31,518 nt of DNA. Origin: Candidatus Thorarchaeota archaeon. Lineage in GTDB: Archaea > Asgardarchaeota > Thorarchaeia > Thorarchaeales > Thorarchaeaceae. Shown piece after piece: positions 25,290 to 31,518 of this stretch. Both the position numbers and the translations under genes were made by a program. Position 1 is the stretch's first letter. Each line of letters starts with the position of its first letter. The stretch spans positions 1 to 31,518 of the forward strand of contig JBHLRQ010000030.1 in assembly GCA_048882385.1 (NCBI GenBank), written 5' to 3'. The notes under the pieces are model-generated. The model made no database searches and was not told the origin of the DNA. It worked only from the letters and a program-made list of their open reading frames with translations.

Positions 25290-27266
25290 GTGAACAATGT
25301 GGATGAAAATGCAAAATCCAATGGTGAACTCGCCATTTCAATATTGAAGAGTCTATTTGATTCTTCTCTACTTGGAGTGCTCATATTGCACGAGGGAGAG
25401 ATTGTCTATGTGAATAGTGCACTTTGTAAGACGCTTGGAATTGATTCAGACTGCTCAAAGCAACAGAAACAGCTAATTTCATCAGTCCTTGCTTCAGGAT
25501 TCAAAGACGAAGCGGTCGAAAGATACCGAAGCTTTGCATCTGGAAATACAGAAAAAGATCTTGGAAGGTATGAGTTCATAGGAGAAGATGGTGCAAAGCG
25601 ATACTTGGATTTGATATCAAATGCAGTGACAATCGGATCAAAGAAGTATCTTATCGCGTATAGTATTGATGCGAGTATAGAAGTAGTTACACAACACACA
25701 TTGAATACGGAACGAAAAGCATACAGCATCATAGCCGAAGCGGCATTGAGTACAGAGAGCTTGGAGAAGCTTTGTGATAGGATCCTCAAAGGACTAGTAA
25801 CTACTCTAGGTTTCGACTTGGGTACAATAAGACTCTATGATGAAGAAACACAAATGTTGACCCTTTATGCATCTGTGGGAATAGAAGAAGGAGGGACACC
25901 GAAATCAGTTCATAAAGATGACCCCAATTTTTTGGTTGCTAGAACAGCTAGGACATTGTCACCTCTTTTCACACCAGATATTGAACAATCACCTGAAAGC
26001 CAAGACCGCATGGCTCGAGCAAAAGAATTTAAGATTCGCTCCTTAATTTTCTGGCCAATAATTGGTTCCGATCAAAATCTTCTTGGAGTTATCAACATCG
26101 CTGCACATGAAGCGAAACCCTTAGGACAAGAAGACAGGACTGTCTTTGCGACAATAGCAGGGATGTTTTCAACAATCCTTGAAAGGCGGAGCGCAGAACA
26201 AGAACTCCAAGAAAGCCAAGAGAGGTTCATAGCTTTTGCAGACAATATGCCAGGACCTGTTTATATCAAAGATGACCTTTCGAAAGTTCTATTCATTAAC
26301 CGATATATGCGAGATATGGCACCCACACCAGCACGTGATAATTGGGAAGGGAAAAGTAACATAGACTTGTTCCGGGAGGAACGAGCAGATGTGCTGACTG
26401 AAGAAGACCAACGAGTTCTAAAGGAAGGTCCTTTGGATCGTGTCCACAGAACAGTTCGCGACGGAAAAATCAGAACCTTTCGAACACACAAGTTCCCCAT
26501 TCTTAGAGAAGGCAAACCTCCTCTAGTTGGTGGCTTTTCTATCGATATTACAGAGCAAATAGAAGCGCAGAATCAACGCGAAATGGCAAAAGCTAGAGCT
26601 GAATTTTTCAATGACTTGATGGCACACGATCTAAACAACATGCATCAAGGAATCATGTCGAGCTTGGAACTCATTTTGTCAGAAGAGGATCTACCTGACC
26701 ATCTTCGGAAAATGGCAGAGAGTGCACTCAAACAAGTTAATCGAAGTGTGTCACTAATTAATAATGTAAAGAAATTCGCCATGGTAAACAAAGAGGACAT
26801 TGTGCTTGAAAAGACCGACCCAGCAGAATCACTTGTTGCAGCAATTCAAATCATGCATCAGACATTTCCCAATCAGAATATTACAATCGATACAAACCTC
26901 ATGTCTGGAACCTACTGCATTATGGCAAATGACTTCCTCCAAGATGTGTTCTATAATATACTTCACAACGCAGTGAAATTTACTGAATCCGATGAAGTTA
27001 ACATCAGAGTGAATACATCATTGACTGATGAGGGAGAGTTCTTGCAATTTGAATTTGAAGACTGGGGCACTGGAATCAGCGACAGATTAAAGGAGAACAT
27101 ACTGACTGGTATTGATGAGAGAGTTCGGAGAGTTTCCGGAGTCGGTCTTACATTGGTCAAACAGATTGTCGGCCAATACAATGGAAAGGTATGGGTAGAA
27201 GACCGAGTAGAGGGAGATTTCACCAAAGGAACAAGAGTGGTGATAATGCTACCCAACGGTTGTTGA
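25290..27266 (+). CDS. Cytoplasmic sensor histidine kinase (PAS-GAF-PAS-HisKA-HATPase)
   Basis: H-box MAHDLNN, N-box NILHNAVKF, DWGTGI, GVGL; PAS signatures (IVYVNSA, LFINRY); GAF signature (WPII...LLGVINI); no TM. Confidence 0.93.
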   Translation: MNNVDENAKSNGELAISILKSLFDSSLLGVLILHEGEIVYVNSALCKTLGIDSDCSKQQKQLISSVLASGFKDEAVERYRSFASGNTEKDLGRYEFIGEDGAKRYLDLISNAVTIGSKKYLIAYSIDASIEVVTQHTLNTERKAYSIIAEAALSTESLEKLCDRILKGLVTTLGFDLGTIRLYDEETQMLTLYASVGIEEGGTPKSVHKDDPNFLVARTARTLSPLFTPDIEQSPESQDRMARAKEFKIRSLIFWPIIGSDQNLLGVINIAAHEAKPLGQEDRTVFATIAGMFSTILERRSAEQELQESQERFIAFADNMPGPVYIKDDLSKVLFINRYMRDMAPTPARDNWEGKSNIDLFREERADVLTEEDQRVLKEGPLDRVHRTVRDGKIRTFRTHKFPILREGKPPLVGGFSIDITEQIEAQNQREMAKARAEFFNDLMAHDLNNMHQGIMSSLELILSEEDLPDHLRKMAESALKQVNRSVSLINNVKKFAMVNKEDIVLEKTDPAESLVAAIQIMHQTFPNQNITIDTNLMSGTYCIMANDFLQDVFYNILHNAVKFTESDEVNIRVNTSLTDEGEFLQFEFEDWGTGISDRLKENILTGIDERVRRVSGVGLTLVKQIVGQYNGKVWVEDRVEGDFTKGTRVVIMLPNGC

Positions 27267-27361
27267 TACTGTAGGACATTGATTTTTCAGAGGCTTGTCA
27301 CTTTCCCAGAACGGTTAAATTCTAGAATAGCTGTCATAGGTCAGCTAAGGAAGGGTAAACT

Positions 27362-27919
27362 ATGGAAGAAGACTGTCCCAGCTATGTGCTGAAAATGGTT
27401 GCACTGGGTGATGGGGCAGTAGGCAAAACAAGTTGTATAATGCGTTACACAGAGGATAGTTTTGGAGAAAACTACAAGGCTACTATTGGAACCAACATTG
27501 CTGTGAAAATTGTAGAAATTGAACTGAGAAAGGGAGAACGGAAAAAAGCTCAGGTTGTTCTATGGGATTTAGCAGGCCAACCAACATACAAGGATCTGCG
27601 ATCAAGATACATGACAGGTTCATCAATTGCGTTTATTGTATATGACGTTACAAGACCACCGACATTCTTGAATGTCGCAGATTGGTACAATACGTTCGCG
27701 ACTGTTTGTCCCGAAGCAGTAGTAATTCTTGTAGCAAACAAGGTAGACTGCGAAGATCATTTGGTTCCAAGAGAAGCTGGAGAAATGGTCAGCCGATGGT
27801 TAGGAATAGACTGGATTGAAACGTCCGCTAAGACCGGCGAAAACGTAGAGATGATGTTCACTAAATGTGTAGAGAAAGCAATCCGAAAGGAAGAGAACCG
27901 ACTAGGTTATCAACTCTAG
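27362..27919 (+). CDS. Ras-superfamily small GTPase, Rab-like
   Basis: G1 GDGAVGKT, G2 YKATIG, G3 WDLAGQ, G4 NKVD, G5 ETSAK; no C-terminal Cys prenylation motif. Confidence 0.95.
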   Translation: MEEDCPSYVLKMVALGDGAVGKTSCIMRYTEDSFGENYKATIGTNIAVKIVEIELRKGERKKAQVVLWDLAGQPTYKDLRSRYMTGSSIAFIVYDVTRPPTFLNVADWYNTFATVCPEAVVILVANKVDCEDHLVPREAGEMVSRWLGIDWIETSAKTGENVEMMFTKCVEKAIRKEENRLGYQL

Positions 27920-27943
27920 TCGGATTATGTATTCCTTCAGCTA

Positions 27944-29467
27944 CTATGGGACTGCTGCAAATGCATAGTCGAGTATTAGTCCTGGAAAGAGGAACAGAGC
28001 TATCACCGCTATAACACATAGTAGGACCGCTACCATTGGAATCGTGGGTAATTTGATTGGACTATCATCAGTTGGTTCAGTCATGTATGCGAACCTCAGC
28101 ACTCTCAAGTAGTAACCAAGAGAGAACACTGAATTGAGAAGACCAATAAGTGCAAGCCACCAAAGACCAGCAACCACAGCACCCTGAAAGAGTACTAGTT
28201 TGGACCAGAATCCTACTGTGAGTGGCATTCCAGCTAATGAGAGCATCAATATGGCAAATGCTCCAGCAACCACAGGTGCGCGTTTACTAAGTCCTGCTAG
28301 ATCATCATACGTGATTCTCTTTGCCAGTCGTAGTGATAGTGCCCACACAAGAATGAATGCAGCCGTTTTCATTATGGCATGCGTGAATGCATGGAATAAT
28401 GCTGCACCTGTACCAATGGTGTAAGCAACAGCTGAAACTGACGGATCCATTGCTGAGCCGATGCCAATGAATAGATATCCCATTTGGGCTATTGATGAAT
28501 AAGCAAGCATTCTCATGATGTCTTTCTGTGCAAGTGCAAGAACATTCCCAATTATCATAGTCAAGATTGATACAACTACTATCATTGGCATCCATTCTGT
28601 TTGAGCCACAACGAATCCGATGACAAGGATCCTCATCAATGCGCCAACACCAGTTTTCTTTGACCCTCCAGCAAGATAGGCTGTTACACTTCCATCAGCA
28701 CTGGCATATGCATCCGGTACCCATTGCCATCCTGGAAAAACGCCTACTTTGAATCCAAATGAAGCAACGAATAGGATAACTGCCAGAATCATTGTATAAG
28801 CAGCATTCGGTGTTGTTGAAGCTGATGCCCAGATACCACTCACAGCGACTGCAACCTCAGCAATAGATGTGGTTCCAGTGACACCATAGATCAACGCAAT
28901 TCCAAAAATCATCAACATTGTGGCAAGGAGTCCCATGACGAAGTACTTGGTTGCACCATCGACAGCCTCACGTCTGGGTCCTAAAGCAACGAGTATGTAT
29001 GTTGGTGTGGACATGACCTCCCATGCAACAAACAGACCAACAAAGTCGACTGCCATCACTACCCACATGGCTCCAGCAAAGGAAATGAGGAGTAGAAAGT
29101 TGTAGGGTCCTTTGTCACCACCATAGAGGGTCGATGACATTAGGACTAGAAAACCCACCATGATTATGATGTAGATAAAGAAGTCAGCCATTGGGTCTCG
29201 AACAAATTGAATGTTCGTTGTTTCGATAGCCGCTACTAACGGGTCAAGCGCAACCATCTCAACAGCTGCTAGGAATAGTCCAACAAGACTAATTCCCAGG
29301 GGATTGTATCGCATTCCTATAATAAGAGCAAGAAAGGCGAACACTATCAGTGTGATGGCAGGGAGCGACATCACCATGTTGTCGGTAAGCGGTAGTGCTC
29401 CGAGGAAGTTTGTAAACGGACTAAAGAGTGCTCGAATGAAATCAGCGATTTGATGAATTTGTAGCAT
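27944..29467 (-). CDS. nuoN: Complex I-like antiporter subunit N
   Basis: WEVMSTPTY, ATKYF, GFKVG..P...WVPDAY, RMLAYSSIAQMGY, SLAGMP and YYLR; TGATG overlap with the nuoM stop (track start 29470). Confidence 0.92.
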   Translation of the reverse strand: MLQIHQIADFIRALFSPFTNFLGALPLTDNMVMSLPAITLIVFAFLALIIGMRYNPLGISLVGLFLAAVEMVALDPLVAAIETTNIQFVRDPMADFFIYIIIMVGFLVLMSSTLYGGDKGPYNFLLLISFAGAMWVVMAVDFVGLFVAWEVMSTPTYILVALGPRREAVDGATKYFVMGLLATMLMIFGIALIYGVTGTTSIAEVAVAVSGIWASASTTPNAAYTMILAVILFVASFGFKVGVFPGWQWVPDAYASADGSVTAYLAGGSKKTGVGALMRILVIGFVVAQTEWMPMIVVVSILTMIIGNVLALAQKDIMRMLAYSSIAQMGYLFIGIGSAMDPSVSAVAYTIGTGAALFHAFTHAIMKTAAFILVWALSLRLAKRITYDDLAGLSKRAPVVAGAFAILMLSLAGMPLTVGFWSKLVLFQGAVVAGLWWLALIGLLNSVFSLGYYLRVLRFAYMTEPTDDSPIKLPTIPMVAVLLCVIAVIALFLFPGLILDYAFAAVP

Positions 29468-31044
29468 CAAGGTAAGACACCTCCAAGGATGAAGTCAACA
29501 ACAGTTTGTGTGAAGTCAAGTACCAAGTCTGGCCAGACTCCAAGTAAGATGACTGGTATCATCATCAGGATTGGAGCGATGAGATCAGACCACGGAGCTT
29601 CAGAAACCTCCTTCTCAGGATCAGGATCGCTGAACACAATACGATTCAGCATCCATAGCATGTAGCCTACGGTCACAAAGATACCAAATGTAATGATACC
29701 TGCCCAAAGATAGATCACTACTGAGCCAAAGAGAACCAATGCTTCAGCAATGAATCCACTGAAACCGGGTAAGCCAAATGCTGCAAATGATGCAAGTATC
29801 AGGATTGCTGAAAGCCGTGGAGCTTTGTTCATGAGCCCTTTAATGTCTGGTAACTCCCTAGTTCCTGCTGTGTATTTCAGTTGACCAGCCATGATAAACA
29901 TCACAGAGATTATCGTACCATGACTGAACATCATGAAGATGGCACCCTGGAGTGCCAGATTACCAGCAACGAATAGTGGATTCGATGGATCTAAGCCAAT
30001 ACCAATCGATGCAACTGCAACACCCAGAAGCACCCATGACATGTGATTGATTGACGTATAGGCAACAAGGCTCTTCAGATCTGTCTGAGCCATAGCAGTG
30101 AATGCTGCATAGATACAAGTGAATATCGCAAGAGCTGCAAATGGAATACTCAACCGTGCAAATGCAGTTGGAACCAACCAAAGCCCTAACCGAATGAATG
30201 TATAACCACCCATTTTCAGGAGGATGCCTGCGAGTATTACAGAGCCGGGCGTTGGAGCCTTTACATGAGCCCATGGTAGCCAGTTATGCAGTGGAAAGAC
30301 AGGTAATTTGACTCCCGCACCCATGAAGATACCGAGAGTGAAACCAATCTGTATCATTGGTGCAAGTGTTGGTATTGATTCTCTAAGTGCAAGCATACTG
30401 AAAGTGTATGTGCCAGTAGCATCACCTGCAAGAAGGTAGACCATGAAGAAAGCTATTAGCATTACAGCCGAGCCAAGATGTGTATAGATGAAGAACTTGA
30501 CAGAAGCATGCTGACACCCTTCCTCGCCCCATCTCCCAATTATGAAGAACATTGGGATTAAGACAAGTTCCCAAAATATGAAGAATCCAATCAAGTCAAG
30601 AGACATGAAGACTCCCATAAGTCCAACCTGAAGGAGGAGGAATAAGGAATAGTAAAGCCCTTCAGACTTGTGAATATGATTTGAACTGAGGGCTGCGATG
30701 AAGACAACCAGATTGGATAGAAGAATCATTATTGCAGAGAGTCCGTCGACTCCCAAGGAAATCTGGAAGACAGTTCCACCAGTTCCTACTGGAATCGTCG
30801 CCATAACGAAATCAGCAAGATATTGCATTCCTGCACCAGTCAGAATCTCCCCAACATCAACTCCAAGAATCAAGACGAGAGATAAAGCAAGTTCTAGGAA
30901 TGTCACAAGAAGTGTAATTGCTCTTGCTCCCTTTCCTCCAGCGAAGTAAGCGATGAGTGCTCCTAACAGCGGTAGGATTAGCATGAATGCGAGTGGCCCA
31001 AAGGGCAATGCGTTGAGTAGATTAACAGCGAAGTCCATTTGCAT
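29467..31044 (-). CDS. nuoM: Complex I-like antiporter subunit M
   Basis: GVDGLS, FWELVLIPMFF, KFFIYT, VKLPVFPLHNWLPWAH, LLKMGGY and GLPGFSGFIAE. Confidence 0.94.
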   Translation of the reverse strand: MQMDFAVNLLNALPFGPLAFMLILPLLGALIAYFAGGKGARAITLLVTFLELALSLVLILGVDVGEILTGAGMQYLADFVMATIPVGTGGTVFQISLGVDGLSAIMILLSNLVVFIAALSSNHIHKSEGLYYSLFLLLQVGLMGVFMSLDLIGFFIFWELVLIPMFFIIGRWGEEGCQHASVKFFIYTHLGSAVMLIAFFMVYLLAGDATGTYTFSMLALRESIPTLAPMIQIGFTLGIFMGAGVKLPVFPLHNWLPWAHVKAPTPGSVILAGILLKMGGYTFIRLGLWLVPTAFARLSIPFAALAIFTCIYAAFTAMAQTDLKSLVAYTSINHMSWVLLGVAVASIGIGLDPSNPLFVAGNLALQGAIFMMFSHGTIISVMFIMAGQLKYTAGTRELPDIKGLMNKAPRLSAILILASFAAFGLPGFSGFIAEALVLFGSVVIYLWAGIITFGIFVTVGYMLWMLNRIVFSDPDPEKEVSEAPWSDLIAPILMMIPVILLGVWPDLVLDFTQTVVDFILGGVLP

Positions 31045-31045
31045 T

Positions 31046-31518
31046 TTATATCACTCCCAATGAAACCAGAGCAAGAATGATCAGTATTCCAATTCCGAAT
31101 ATGACAACACTGACGTAGTCGTTGATTCTCCCAGTCTGTGAACCCTCAAGTCCAGACTCAGATGCAGCAACACTCCGAGTAGAGATTCCTTCAGCAAATC
31201 CATCGACTATATTGTCATCTACCCAACGTACCTTAGTTGAGATAGCAATAGCTGCATCTGCTGACTTGAAGTCGATTCCATCAATTATCTTGTCGTCAAC
31301 TCCAACTCGATAGCGCTCTGCAAAGTTCAGGAATTTTCCGAGGAACCAATGATAGCCTTCATTGATGTACCATCTGTGCTTCAAGAAATTGTAGATTCGG
31401 CGTCTAAAGCCCGTTTCTCTAATGATGGTGTTTGGGCTATCAGCATTCTTGATGTAGATCAAATATCCAGGAATACCACCAATTGCTAACGCACCAAGTG
31501 TGATGAGGAAGGGAGGTA
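31046..31518 (-). CDS. nuoL: Complex I-like antiporter subunit L, C-terminal part (5'-truncated by the window)
   Basis: Frame is open to the window edge (PPFLITLGALAIGGIPGYLIYIK...); WYINEGY, D..I[IV]DG, QTGRINDY and a final TM typical of the NuoL lateral helix; immediately upstream of nuoM. Confidence 0.88.
   Translation of the reverse strand, partial: PPFLITLGALAIGGIPGYLIYIKNADSPNTIIRETGFRRRIYNFLKHRWYINEGYHWFLGKFLNFAERYRVGVDDKIIDGIDFKSADAAIAISTKVRWVDDNIVDGFAEGISTRSVAASESGLEGSQTGRINDYVSVVIFGIGILIILALVSLGVI

Noticed and set aside
1928-31313. Numerous 60-130 aa ORFs overlapping long genes on the opposite strand or in alternative frames
   Set aside because: Nested within well-supported CDSs, with Ser/Ile-rich antisense composition and no motifs.
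1-31518. CRISPR arrays, tRNA/rRNA genes, transposases, integrases or defence islands
   Set aside because: No spaced direct repeats, cloverleaf-like sequence or mobility/defence motifs seen; intergenic gaps are short.

Overview
Gene-dense archaeal chromosomal segment, most consistent with an Asgard archaeon (Thorarchaeota-like). This is inferred from a Rab-like small GTPase lacking a prenylation motif, a single-OB crenarchaeal-type SSB, TrpB2, ADP-forming acyl-CoA synthetase alpha and a 2-phosphoglycerate kinase-like protein. Contents in order: a truncated multi-TM membrane sensor, a hypothetical protein, tldD/pmbA, a nucleotidyltransferase, a DUF5658-like membrane protein plus a stand-alone copy of its C-terminal domain, an orphan family-5 peptide-binding protein with a structured upstream region, a NUDIX/macrodomain/degenerate-macrodomain module, an NADH oxidase/CoA-disulfide reductase, a 1644-aa surface protein, a Zn-ribbon membrane protein, a CheY-like receiver, an aminotransferase-SSB-2PGK-acdA run, trpB2, a PAS-GAF-PAS histidine kinase, the small GTPase and the end of a complex-I-like operon (nuoL'-M-N). 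The most notable observations: (1) the 1644-aa protein combines FG-GAP-like beta-propellers and Ig-like repeats with about seven C-terminal TM helices, an adhesion-receptor-like architecture; (2) a candidate Trp-containing leader peptide/attenuator upstream of trpB2; (3) a switch-like SD/anti-SD leader on the peptide-binding gene. No rRNA, tRNA, CRISPR array or transposase was recognised. All calls come from manual motif reading; no searches were run.
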